From IMG/VR virus record IMGVR_UViG_3300047160_002455, positions 13,048-77,047 of that record: a stretch of 64,000 bases of DNA; one strand, 5' to 3'. Under the pieces are notes generated by a model that was not told where the DNA came from, searched no databases, and saw nothing but the letters and a program-made list of their open reading frames with translations. The position numbers and the translations under genes were made by a program. The stretch comes from a virus. Its lineage: Duplodnaviria > Caudoviricetes. Below are positions 38,778 to 47,699 of this stretch, one piece after another. The number at the start of each line of letters is the position of its first letter. The first letter of the stretch is position 1.

Positions 38778-39767
38778 ATGGAAGCGTACCAATTGCTAGA
38801 GCGGGAGTTCGCGGAGTTTAACCAAGTCAGCCCCGATCACATGGTTGTCTGTTCATCGGGGACTGCCGCCTTGCACTTGGCACTGGAGACAACCCGCGCC
38901 GTAATGCCTGACGCGCAGGTGCTGGTGCCCAGTTTTTCGATGATTGCCTGCGCGCGGGCGGTCTCATTAGCGGGCGGTGACCCAGCTTTCATGGACTGTG
39001 ACGAACAGCTGCTAGTCACTCCAGATACGGCAATGCCCGCATACACGCAAGCGCTGCTGAGAAGCTACGTGTCGGCAATGATGCCCGTCCATGTCTACGG
39101 TCGGAAGTGCGACATGGAAGGCATCCATGAGTTTGCCAAGGCGCGGGCGCTGACGGTAGTCGAGGATTTAGCGGAGGCACATGGCATCCGCCCACACCCT
39201 GAAAGTCAGGCAGCGTGCTGGAGTTTTTACAAAAACAAGATTGTTCACGGTGAAGAGGGCGGCGCGTGTTGGTTTGTGTCGAGGGTCGATGCCGACCGGG
39301 CGCGCTCACTCCGCAATCTGGGGTTCACCCCCGCGCACGATTTCCGGCATCTACCGCGAGGTCACAACTACCGGCTGGCAAACCTGCTAGCCGAACCGAT
39401 CCGCGCCAATTTGGGCAACTATGCCTACCATTTGCAATGCCGCCGCGAATGGGAAGCGGATTACGATGCCGCCTGCCCTGCCGATTGGAAAATGCCCGCG
39501 CGACAAGCACCGTGGGTTTATGACATTCGCATTCAAGGTATGACGGGGTCGGAACAGGATAGTGTAGTAGCGGAGTTGAACAAGGCGGGCATCGCGGCGC
39601 GGCACAGCTTCAAACCGGGCACTTCCCAGTTAGAGTATCGAGGGTGCAAGGGGAACGGTGACGCGGCGCGTGCTGCCTCAAGGGAGGTGATTTACCTACC
39701 GTTGACGCTGGGACAAGTGGACCCGAAGAAAGCATTCGGGGTCATTCGCACGGTGCTAGGGAGATGA
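38778..39767 (+). CDS. DegT/DnrJ/EryC1/StrS aminotransferase (perosamine synthase-like)
   Basis: CSSGTAALHLAL, VEDLAEAHG, SFYKNKIVHGEEGG (PLP lysine), NYRL. Confidence 0.9.
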   Translation: MEAYQLLEREFAEFNQVSPDHMVVCSSGTAALHLALETTRAVMPDAQVLVPSFSMIACARAVSLAGGDPAFMDCDEQLLVTPDTAMPAYTQALLRSYVSAMMPVHVYGRKCDMEGIHEFAKARALTVVEDLAEAHGIRPHPESQAACWSFYKNKIVHGEEGGACWFVSRVDADRARSLRNLGFTPAHDFRHLPRGHNYRLANLLAEPIRANLGNYAYHLQCRREWEADYDAACPADWKMPARQAPWVYDIRIQGMTGSEQDSVVAELNKAGIAARHSFKPGTSQLEYRGCKGNGDAARAASREVIYLPLTLGQVDPKKAFGVIRTVLGR

Positions 39768-39800
39768 AAAGACCGCGCTCTCGGATTGCGTTTTATTCCA

Positions 39801-40175
39801 TTAAAGGTGACCACAATTCCGAGGCGCGGTTCCCAGCGTCCTTACTGTCTTCCTTCTCCTTTTCACCGGGGCATACACACCAACGCGCACGCGCCGTATG
39901 CGCCCCTCTTGAGCCAGACCCTTGAGCGACTCCTGAACGGTTATCAACCGCCCCCTGGCAACCAGCTGGGAAATCGGTGGATAGGGCTGTCCTCTATCGG
40001 GACCGTAGCGCTTGCGGTCACAGCGGATTGCCCGCCGCGCCTTGATGACGCAGCGTGACGCTTCCAAGTATTTGCTGACTTTCGCTAGCACCGCAAACGT
40101 GGTGGCGACGCCCAGTTCCTCCACCGCCGCGACAATGCGACTCGAAAGTGATTCGGGGTTTATTATTGGCGGCAT
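39801..40175 (-). CDS. basic winged-helix-like protein (paralog of 40325-40954 repeats)
   Basis: KYLEASR...PISQLVARG...L..L...GRIRRVRVGVYAP. Confidence 0.6.
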   Translation of the reverse strand: MPPIINPESLSSRIVAAVEELGVATTFAVLAKVSKYLEASRCVIKARRAIRCDRKRYGPDRGQPYPPISQLVARGRLITVQESLKGLAQEGRIRRVRVGVYAPVKRRRKTVRTLGTAPRNCGHL

Positions 40176-40324
40176 GGTTCCTGTTTCCCCATTAAAAAAC
40201 CCACCAGGGGACCGTTACCCGGATTGGGACGACGAACACTGCCTAAATAACGGTACACCCTGGTGGGCGGCAAGAGCGGGCGCACACACCATTGTGTGCG
40301 CCCCGGCATGGCACGGCACGGACC

Positions 40325-40954
40325 CTAACTCACTTTTAGTCTGAACAAGCGCGGCAGCGGCGGTCCGTATACTCCGCGCCGCACTCTGCGAATTTTGCCT
40401 CTCAGAGCGAGACTCTTGAGCGCCGCGATCACTTTCACCCGGCGTCCATTTTGTACGAACCAAGCGGCGGTATGGACACCCCCCGCCTTGATATTGTGTC
40501 GCTTCAGATCATGCTTGTACTGAGTCCGCGCGTAGGCAGCAGCTTCCGCTGCCGGGATGCTCGAACCGACGAAACCGATAAGCCGCGTCGTGCTGCACTC
40601 CCCGTGGTCGAGGAGTGCCTGCACGAGACGCTTACTAAGGTTCTTCGGTCGAATGGGAGCGTAGATTCCTCTACGGATACGCTTCACTCTGCCCCGCTGT
40701 TTCAGTGACATCAAAGTTAGTATCACCAGGAGGTACTTGCCCCTGGCAACCTGACGGTCCAGGGGAATAGGACGCGGACGTTTCACCGGGCGTCTAGCGG
40801 CATCGTTGCGGCGGCAGCGCTGTGCCGCCTGCACCGCTCTGGACGCGGGGATGTATTTGGAAACCATGCTCAGCACTTGTGCTGGAGTCGATCTGCCCCT
40901 ACATGCCACCGCGTCCAGAATCAACTGGTAGAGCGGTTTGGGTTTGGAGGTCAT
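40325..40954 (-). CDS. basic protein with two winged-helix-like repeats
   Basis: Repeats end RGRVKRIRRGIYAP and RGKIRRVRRGVYGP. Confidence 0.65.
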   Translation of the reverse strand: MTSKPKPLYQLILDAVACRGRSTPAQVLSMVSKYIPASRAVQAAQRCRRNDAARRPVKRPRPIPLDRQVARGKYLLVILTLMSLKQRGRVKRIRRGIYAPIRPKNLSKRLVQALLDHGECSTTRLIGFVGSSIPAAEAAAYARTQYKHDLKRHNIKAGGVHTAAWFVQNGRRVKVIAALKSLALRGKIRRVRRGVYGPPLPRLFRLKVS

Positions 40955-41934
40955 ACTGCCTCCTGCTGCTTCGGCGGCACCCCCAATCCGAACAGGGATA
41001 CTAAACGGGTTACAACGTCCTGAGCCATGTCCCGCGTCGAGGCATACTCTGCCTGCCCTTGCGGGCGAAGTGCCGACCGCTCCTTGTAATCCTCGAACAG
41101 ATGCTGGAGCGCGCTCAGGTGCCGCAACAGTTGCATACGCGGACCCGCTGCCTGACGCAAGCGACCGCCCTTTGTGACGGCGCGACGGATGCGTACTGCT
41201 TCGCTCTCTGCGAAGTCATCAATTGCCTTCAGTTTCTTGGTACTGTCCCGCGCTGCTTGGACACGGTCAACCAGCGTCTTCACCACTTCGCTTGTAATGC
41301 CACTGTTGCTGACCAGCTTGCCCGCCTTAACCAAGACATCCTCTCCGAGATTCTGGAGGGGCGACAGTGCGAACAAGCAATGATCTGCCATTGCCGGATT
41401 GATGCGGACGTTGTTCTTGTTCAAGATGTCGCGGATCTCAGCAGTCTTGACGTGCCGCTGGAGATTGTGGACGTTGACGCCCCACTCCTTTGCCGCTTCC
41501 GTGAGAGGCAGCCCGTATTTCCTGACGAAACTCAGGGCATGTTCCATTGCCTCTGCGGGCGTCAAGCGACGCCCATTGACTGAGTTGTTAAACGTCCATG
41601 TCAGTCGATCCGCAACCTGCTGGTCTTTTGTGTCCAACAGGTACGCATCGGTGCGCTTCCAGTTGTTCTTGCGCTTGGCAGCCAAATTGTGATTCCCATC
41701 AACGGGAATCCACCTCCCCTTGCCGGGACGCCATAAGACGACCGGTGGGAATTGGTCCCCATCTTTCATCCTCAGCGCATAAGCGTTCACCAGGTCATCA
41801 TCCAGGGGCATCTCCAAGCGCGCTTGGTTTTGAAGCCCCTTCTGATAGTCGATCTCTGCCATGTCGAACTTCTCGACATACTCCCACTTCACTCCCTGAT
41901 TCGCGAGCGCTTGCTCGTAAGTCGGGTTCCTCAT
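40951..41934 (-). CDS. ParB/Srx-like N-terminal domain protein
   Basis: VNAYALRMKDGDQFPPVVL...VDGNHNLAA. AGGAGG SD. Confidence 0.75.
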   Translation of the reverse strand: MRNPTYEQALANQGVKWEYVEKFDMAEIDYQKGLQNQARLEMPLDDDLVNAYALRMKDGDQFPPVVLWRPGKGRWIPVDGNHNLAAKRKNNWKRTDAYLLDTKDQQVADRLTWTFNNSVNGRRLTPAEAMEHALSFVRKYGLPLTEAAKEWGVNVHNLQRHVKTAEIRDILNKNNVRINPAMADHCLFALSPLQNLGEDVLVKAGKLVSNSGITSEVVKTLVDRVQAARDSTKKLKAIDDFAESEAVRIRRAVTKGGRLRQAAGPRMQLLRHLSALQHLFEDYKERSALRPQGQAEYASTRDMAQDVVTRLVSLFGLGVPPKQQEAV

Positions 41935-41994
41935 AACTCCTCCTAACTAGGTTAAACGTCGGAACACTATTGTAAGCCCACCAGCCCACAAAAG

Positions 41995-42471
41995 CTAGTG
42001 GCTGAGTCTCAGTTTTCCATCGTACCCGGCATCGCGGGCAGCACGGCACGCGGCACAGCGACACCGATGCGTCACTAGGTTTAATTCGTAGCCGCTGCCA
42101 AGCGTGTCGATGCCGGTTTCCCCGGCGCGGTGCCGCACAAAATACTCCGTGTGTCGGTCGGCAGTTTGCCGCCACCATGCCGCAACATGCGCTGGTTGCA
42201 CGGCAGCCATTGCCGCCACTGTCTCGTGGACTTTGGACCGATGGTCGATTACGCGCCGGTCCACTTGAGTAGGACCGCCCGCCACCCCGCGAAACCGTTG
42301 GGCACTTGCAAAAGTGAATTGCTCCCCAGTCTCGACATCGGTGACATCGTAGGCAATCGCGCCGCCACGCTCGCTATCCGTCGTGCGGATCGCATCCAAG
42401 CGGACAATAACGCGCCTGCCCAATGCCTTCGCTTGGTACCTGCCTCCGATTTCCAGGTCGCGCTTATTCAT
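41995..42471 (-). CDS. hypothetical protein
   Basis: N-terminal SH3-like segment (LEIGGRYQAK...V.VRLD), C-terminal CRCAAC. Confidence 0.55.
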   Translation of the reverse strand: MNKRDLEIGGRYQAKALGRRVIVRLDAIRTTDSERGGAIAYDVTDVETGEQFTFASAQRFRGVAGGPTQVDRRVIDHRSKVHETVAAMAAVQPAHVAAWWRQTADRHTEYFVRHRAGETGIDTLGSGYELNLVTHRCRCAACRAARDAGYDGKLRLSH

Positions 42472-42593
42472 CCAATTCTTCTCCTACCCCACGAGCATCG
42501 CAACAGTCGACGCGAACCGATGAACTCGGATCGGCGACGGCACGTGGCAGTGCAAGGGTTGGCTGAACAAAGTTCGAGCCACTACCGGAAAGA

Positions 42594-43028
42594 CTATCTT
42601 CGTTCGCTTCGGGTGCGGCGTGTGACGGCAGCCCTCGCACGCTCAAGATTGTCGCTGATAGCTTCCTGCACAACGCGCGGGATGTCGACTACCTTAACTT
42701 GCAGCGTTGCACCCGGCTGGGAAACCGTCGCACCAGAGCTCAGCTGGACGGGCTCAGATTCGCGAGTTTCAATGGCCATGGTCTCATGTTCATACCATGC
42801 GCGCCACCCCGACAGGATTTTCTCGACACCAGTGAGACCCAGCGGACCCGCTAGCTTGAGGCACGGGTTCGGTGAGTCCGGTTCCAAGATGGCGGCGGTT
42901 CCCTTGAACGATGCACCGCAGTTCATGACGGCATCGACAACCACAGCGGGTGCCGGTTCTGTCCATGATTCGGGTACATCCGCTGCTTCTTTCAGACAGC
43001 GAACGAATCGAAACGTGTACTTGCCCAT
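42594..43028 (-). CDS. hypothetical protein
   Basis: 144-aa ORF abutting the upstream stop. Confidence 0.55.
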   Translation of the reverse strand: MGKYTFRFVRCLKEAADVPESWTEPAPAVVVDAVMNCGASFKGTAAILEPDSPNPCLKLAGPLGLTGVEKILSGWRAWYEHETMAIETRESEPVQLSSGATVSQPGATLQVKVVDIPRVVQEAISDNLERARAAVTRRTRSERR

Positions 43029-44381
43029 TTAGGTTCTCCTTACCGAAGCGTCCATCTGACGACCCCGTGCTTCGCGTGCCGCCGTGCGCTTCGTTTCCAT
43101 TTCCTCTTCGGTCATAACAAGTATGCCGTCCCTCCTCTGCGCTTTTATTCTATCGCCCTGGTCAATGCCTCCGACTACAGGGCATTGCGTCAAAACCGGG
43201 TGCCCGTTCTCGTCCAGTGTCCGTATGTCGGACAAATCCAGCGCACGCTTGGTCAGAATCTTGCCTCTGACAAACTCATTCCAAGCGCGGACTAGCACCG
43301 CCATTTTCTCCCGCGCCGATGGCGGCGGGAATTTGACCGCCCCTTCCTCTTCCTCGGTTCGGATGGAAGCGAGTGCTTCACGCAACCGCCCCGCTTCATC
43401 ATCGGAGGAAGTGGTCACCATTTCCCAGAATTGCTCTGCACGCTCCCAACGCTCCCACTTCAAGTGCTGCTCCGCTCGCGGGGGGTTGCCCAGTCGGTAT
43501 TCGTTCACGTTGCTTGTGGAGCAACCCATCAAGTAGAACAGACCGGCGCAGCGTCCAGCGGACAGCTTGAGCCGCGCTAATGCCCGATTCTGGTTCAACT
43601 TGAAAATGGATTTGACACACTTGAGTAAACGTGGATGCCGTTCTCGAAAATTGCTGGACTCGGAATGCGTTTGATAGCGATGGTGTTCATCCTCTGCGGC
43701 ATTGGTGCGGAGCCATACTAAATCGAGTGCCCCAGCCAAGAGGCTAGAGCATTCTTTGCGGTCGATTGGCGCGAGGTCCGCGAAATCGGGCGACGTGTAG
43801 ATCATGTCTGCCTGAGTCCGCGTCTTGGTGTTATCAAGTGTCCGAATCACTCTGGGATCTTCAGATGCCCCAAAGCAAATCAAAGTGTCGATGGTAGGTT
43901 CTGACTTCCAGAATTTTCGGTAGTAGCCTGACGTGCCGTCAATCTGCCATCGCTGCCCTGACAGCACCAGCCCGACCAGCCGATGCACCCCGGACTCGAC
44001 CCGCCCGGTGCGGGAAATAATAATGTTCTCGCAATTCAAACTGAAGCATTTAGTGAGAATATCCTGCTGTAGACTGAGTGCCCACGCGGGATCGAACGGT
44101 CGGTTCCATTGGTCGTTTCTCCAGCAACGGATTTTGTTTCCGTAGTGGTCTTTGAGCAAGTATACGTCACCGTACAGGCATTCCTTTTCACTGAGGGACG
44201 AGTCCTCCTTTCTGCGCCTGGCGACGTATTCGCCCTCAGCTTCCCATCCGAGATATTTCTTCGCTTCGGTGCAGGTCAGTGGACCTTGCCCCCCCTCCTT
44301 TTCCGCGAAATGGTACTCGACCCGCACTTTCGGGTGCAGTACCTTGTCGGTTGGTGTGCTCGCCTTTGGCATCTTCCCCAC
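43029..44381 (-). CDS. ParB-superfamily (DGQHR-like) protein
   Basis: NRPF...W...L..DI...F.LNCENIII...G...SGVHRL...G.D......D..K.RT..D. Confidence 0.6.
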   Translation of the reverse strand: MGKMPKASTPTDKVLHPKVRVEYHFAEKEGGQGPLTCTEAKKYLGWEAEGEYVARRRKEDSSLSEKECLYGDVYLLKDHYGNKIRCWRNDQWNRPFDPAWALSLQQDILTKCFSLNCENIIISRTGRVESGVHRLVGLVLSGQRWQIDGTSGYYRKFWKSEPTIDTLICFGASEDPRVIRTLDNTKTRTQADMIYTSPDFADLAPIDRKECSSLLAGALDLVWLRTNAAEDEHHRYQTHSESSNFRERHPRLLKCVKSIFKLNQNRALARLKLSAGRCAGLFYLMGCSTSNVNEYRLGNPPRAEQHLKWERWERAEQFWEMVTTSSDDEAGRLREALASIRTEEEEGAVKFPPPSAREKMAVLVRAWNEFVRGKILTKRALDLSDIRTLDENGHPVLTQCPVVGGIDQGDRIKAQRRDGILVMTEEEMETKRTAAREARGRQMDASVRRT

Positions 44382-44386
44382 TCTCC

Positions 44387-44671
44387 TTATCGGCGGTTCT
44401 TGGCGCGGCGGTCCCGTGCCACGGTGGCGCGTACTACCTGCGCCGTAGGTTTGCTGGGTTTGGGCGGATGCTTGACCAGTTCCTCCAGGGTTTCCCCGGA
44501 CTCAAGCAACTTCAGACACGACGGGCAGCACGGTACTTCGCGGGCAATCTCTTGCCGCAGACCGTTGGGCACACCGTTGACTTTTCTGACAACGGTGCGC
44601 TGGATAGTCCACTTCTGTAGTGCTTGCTTCGGTGCCGTAGTGCCGGTGCAGACGCGACATTTGTAACACAT
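44387..44671 (-). CDS. small zinc-binding protein
   Basis: CRVC and CCPSC pairs. Confidence 0.55.
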   Translation of the reverse strand: MCYKCRVCTGTTAPKQALQKWTIQRTVVRKVNGVPNGLRQEIAREVPCCPSCLKLLESGETLEELVKHPPKPSKPTAQVVRATVARDRRAKNRR

Positions 44672-44946
44672 TAGCCTTGGTCTCCTTGATAGTCTATACC
44701 GTCGATGCGAACGCGGATTATTCCCTCAACCGGCACGCTACGGTAATCGCACTTCTCCATGTCAAAGACAGTCACCAGTCCCTTCTCAGCGGGGCGGTAC
44801 GACATATCCCCGCCCTTGAGATAAGCGCGGACTCCAACCCGGCACTTCATGTATCGGGTTGAACCGTCACCGCGCTTGATGAAGGTGACGCTGAACACGC
44901 GCCCCGACTTCACCAGCTTCCGAAACTGTCCAGGGGTAATGGGCAT
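44671..44946 (-). CDS. SH3/WYL-like small phage protein
   Basis: FSVTFIKRGDGSTRYMKC...LVTVFDMEKCDYRS. Confidence 0.7.
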   Translation of the reverse strand: MPITPGQFRKLVKSGRVFSVTFIKRGDGSTRYMKCRVGVRAYLKGGDMSYRPAEKGLVTVFDMEKCDYRSVPVEGIIRVRIDGIDYQGDQG

Positions 44947-44962
44947 CCGTGCTTCCTCCTGC

Positions 44963-45487
44963 TCAGCGTCGCAACAAAATCATTGCCGCTAAGAAAGCTA
45001 CCGGCAGTATCACGAGCACGGTAGCGATCATTAGGTCAATCACCTCCTGAATGGTCTCGTTTATCACCTCGTCCGCCAGCTGCCGTGTCCGCAGCGCAAT
45101 CGAGCGGTTGACTTCGGGCAGCAATGCCCGACGCATGACGCTCCGGCATTCACCGTCAAACCAATTCCAGAATGGGGCGGTCTCTTCCCAGTGATCCATG
45201 TCATGCGACTTCGGGCACGGATTGAGGATCAGTAAAGTGCGATTGAACACTTCCTGAGTTGATACGTGCAGCCCGCGCCAGACGGCATAACCGATGGCAC
45301 AGGCACCGACAATCCGCGCGCCATTGTATCGTTCCCGATTCGATGTCCGGAATGATCCCAGCACATCATGAGAGTGCTGAGTTAAGCGCGGATCATCATG
45401 CAAGAGACCGTCCGCCAGTGCCCGCAATCCGCTCAGGGGCAGCTTGGGACCAATCCACTCCCTCCAACATGCTCTCCACTTCTCCAT
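44963..45487 (-). CDS. conserved hypothetical protein (Gemmataceae-like)
   Basis: MEKWRACWREWIGP.L...GL.AL...L..DDPRL.Q...ACAIGY..W.G...FWNWFD...R..MR..LLPEV. GGAGG SD. Confidence 0.7.
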   Translation of the reverse strand: MEKWRACWREWIGPKLPLSGLRALADGLLHDDPRLTQHSHDVLGSFRTSNRERYNGARIVGACAIGYAVWRGLHVSTQEVFNRTLLILNPCPKSHDMDHWEETAPFWNWFDGECRSVMRRALLPEVNRSIALRTRQLADEVINETIQEVIDLMIATVLVILPVAFLAAMILLRR

Positions 45488-45498
45488 AGGTTCCTCCT

Positions 45499-46344
45499 TT
45501 AAGACGTTCGTTTTCCTGCGATGTTCTCTATTTCTCGACACCAGCGCCTCCAAGATTTCTCGCATTTCTTCTTTATCATCAGCGCACTTGAAGACTTCTT
45601 GCCACCACGCGCCATACGGTGTTGCAGCAAGTAAACCCTCAATCCAGCAACCGTGGCAGTTAGCGAACCGTCTCTGACCAGAGACCAGAACCTTGTTGCC
45701 TCATCTGGCGATTGGTTGAACGAAGTACACGCCGCTGCCGCTACAGGGGACCGTAGTAATAAGTCGCGCTGCACTGACCTCGTGTCTTTGCTGTCGGCAA
45801 TCATGGCTGAGTACCATGCACAGAACGGAATGTTGTCTTTCATTAGATTAGCGCGCTCCATTGCGGGGCGGTTCTGGTTGTGGGTTTCACCAAACTCGTG
45901 CAAGCCCAAACCCGGTACTATTACGTTAAGGTGCTCATCAGGGATATTCGCCAATCGAGTATCACACCCAGCGACTGAACGATAAATGTCACGGGCACTG
46001 CGGACGCGCCATTTAGAATCGACAGTGTTGTACAGGTCGGCTACGTCAGCCATCGTGTCCCCCTCGAAATCCTTGAAAGTTATCGGGATAGGACCGGGTA
46101 TGTCGTCCCAATTGTCCAGCATGTCCTTGGATGAGTGCTTGCCGTCTATACGGAGCCACTTACCGCCAATTCTAATCCGTATCCACTCAGCACCGTGGAA
46201 CCTGCCTGCCAGCATTTCAGCCTTGTAGTGCCTCAGTCGCGCGTCCGAAATTTTCCGGTCACGGGGGGCAGGGGTCATCTCCGCATACTCCTGCGCCTTT
46301 TCCTTTGTTGCCATTTCCACCACGCATCTTGTTTGCCTCCACAT
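45499..46344 (-). CDS. ParB-superfamily (DGQHR-like) protein
   Basis: R.ISDARLRHYKAEMLAGRF...RIDGKHSS...YNTVDS..RVRS..D. Confidence 0.6.
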   Translation of the reverse strand: MWRQTRCVVEMATKEKAQEYAEMTPAPRDRKISDARLRHYKAEMLAGRFHGAEWIRIRIGGKWLRIDGKHSSKDMLDNWDDIPGPIPITFKDFEGDTMADVADLYNTVDSKWRVRSARDIYRSVAGCDTRLANIPDEHLNVIVPGLGLHEFGETHNQNRPAMERANLMKDNIPFCAWYSAMIADSKDTRSVQRDLLLRSPVAAAACTSFNQSPDEATRFWSLVRDGSLTATVAGLRVYLLQHRMARGGKKSSSALMIKKKCEKSWRRWCREIENIAGKRTS

Positions 46345-46347
46345 TTC

Positions 46348-46518
46348 TCACTTCTCCTTTATTTTTCGTGTAGGAATCACCGGCAGCCCCGCCGTTTCAT
46401 CGGCAACCGCGCTGCACTGCTCACAGCTAGGCACGGGGCGGTTGACGCTCCAGTATACCGTTTCGACACTGACCACGCCGCCACACTGGGAACACTTGCC
46501 GATGATACGACGGTTCAT
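46348..46518 (-). CDS. small zinc-finger protein
   Basis: GKCSQCGG...PSCEQC. Confidence 0.55.
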   Translation of the reverse strand: MNRRIIGKCSQCGGVVSVETVYWSVNRPVPSCEQCSAVADETAGLPVIPTRKIKEK

Positions 46519-46549
46519 GTTCCCAGAGCAGTAGCAACCAGCGACCTTT

Positions 46550-46933
46550 TCACACACTTGACTTACTCACTTTCGGGCACTGCGGCGGATCGACAGCGCG
46601 GTTATCACGTCTAGCGTTAAGTTTCCACCCTAGCAAGTCCCTGTTGAAATAGTTACACGCCCTATCGGCATCGCGTTTTGTTTTGAATGTTGCGAAGTGG
46701 TGAAAAGCAGCACCGAACCCTTCCAGATAACCGCGCCGATATCCCTCCTCTTCCGTCTTGACGCCCAGTGCATCAGCAACCATGCGGATAACATCCCGCA
46801 ACTCCTTTTCAATATCCCGCAACTCCTCCTCACTATGGGGCGCGTACTGCAGCGAGCACTCCAGCGAGAGCGTCAACCGCGTCAGTTCCCCCAAAGTCAA
46901 TTCCATGAAGTGCTTCCAGTCAACGGTCGGCAT
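46550..46933 (-). CDS. hypothetical protein
   Basis: GAGGA SD. Helical 127 aa. Confidence 0.6.
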   Translation of the reverse strand: MPTVDWKHFMELTLGELTRLTLSLECSLQYAPHSEEELRDIEKELRDVIRMVADALGVKTEEEGYRRGYLEGFGAAFHHFATFKTKRDADRACNYFNRDLLGWKLNARRDNRAVDPPQCPKVSKSSV

Positions 46934-47294
46934 TGTTCCTCACTTGCTTCTCAAGAAACAAGAGATGCGTTACCGGGACATCGGCAAGAAGAACCTTGCC
47001 GTCGATAACGATACTTGCCTTTGCGGTACAGTTGGCAGCATCTTGAGTCGCCACCACATCCAATAGATCACCCACCGCCGCCCGCACATCGCGGACTAGG
47101 TCCGCCACCTTCATCTGTGGCATGTGCTGCTCAGACGGCAGCGCGTCACCGCCCTCCTCTTTCGGAGCGTACTTCCGCGCTATCCCCTCGAACATCGCGG
47201 GTTTTTGGTAGATGTGGTACGTCCGCTCCATGACTTCCTTGCCACGGTTTTTCTTGCCCGGAATTAGCGCGATGATTTGGTTCAGCTTTGCCAT
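46920..47294 (-). pseudogene. N-terminal half of a conserved bacterial/phage protein (truncated)
   Basis: MAKLNQIIA...EGIARKYAP.EE.G..LPSE...VATQDAANCTAKASIVIDG.VLL.DVPVTHLLFLEKQ. The family as I recall it is about twice this length. The ORF ends inside the next gene's SD/start. Confidence 0.55.
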
Positions 47295-47332
47295 GTTCCT
47301 CTCCTTGCGAGTTGCTTCATTTGTCCGCTGTT

Positions 47333-47352
47333 ATTATACCTACCCTTGTCAA
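47333..47352 (-). promoter_or_regulatory. TTGACA-N8-TATAAT element
   Basis: Perfect -35 and -10 hexamers on the - strand upstream of 47294, but only an 8-nt spacer. Confidence 0.35.
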
Positions 47353-47360
47353 CCCGTCCA

Positions 47361-47585
47361 TCAAAATTTTTCGCGATAGTGCCGCTTCCTGCCCACATAG
47401 CGAAAGCGCGCCTGCCAGTCGTAATAGCGTGACCCTCTGTGCTTGACTATCAAGCGCGGGTCCAGGGGGTGAAAGAGCGGATGCCGCCTCTGGTAGCGCT
47501 CAATCATGACTTCGACCTTTTCCGCGCTGCCGGGTTCGGCACTCGTGGGCACAAACGGGACATCGGCGGGAGGGGGTGGGAGCAT
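47361..47585 (-). CDS. small planctomycete-type hypothetical protein
   Basis: PTSAEPGSAEKVEVMIERY....PLFHPLD motif. Confidence 0.6.
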   Translation of the reverse strand: MLPPPPADVPFVPTSAEPGSAEKVEVMIERYQRRHPLFHPLDPRLIVKHRGSRYYDWQARFRYVGRKRHYREKF

Positions 47586-47606
47586 AAAAAACTTTTTCCT
47601 TTTTGT

Positions 47607-47635
47607 TTGACACAAACCGTTTTTGATTTTACAAT
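47607..47635 (+). promoter_or_regulatory. sigma70-type promoter TTGACA-N17-TACAAT
   Basis: Near-consensus hexamers with a 17-nt spacer in an AT-rich intergenic patch. Points into genes encoded on the opposite strand. Confidence 0.7.
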
Positions 47636-47699
47636 GACATCGGGATAGTGTGTTTGTGTGTGTGCTTGTATGTGTATTACTGTATAGTAAGGCGCGTTT

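Noticed and set aside
40298-40322. Short run GCGCC CCGGC ATGGC ACGGC resembling array pentamers
   Set aside because: Only about four pentamers, no anchor motif and overlapping a hairpin. Too short to call a guide.
47650-47680. GT-rich simple repeat as a phase-variation tract
   Set aside because: Imperfect, intergenic and not within a promoter spacer or coding frame.
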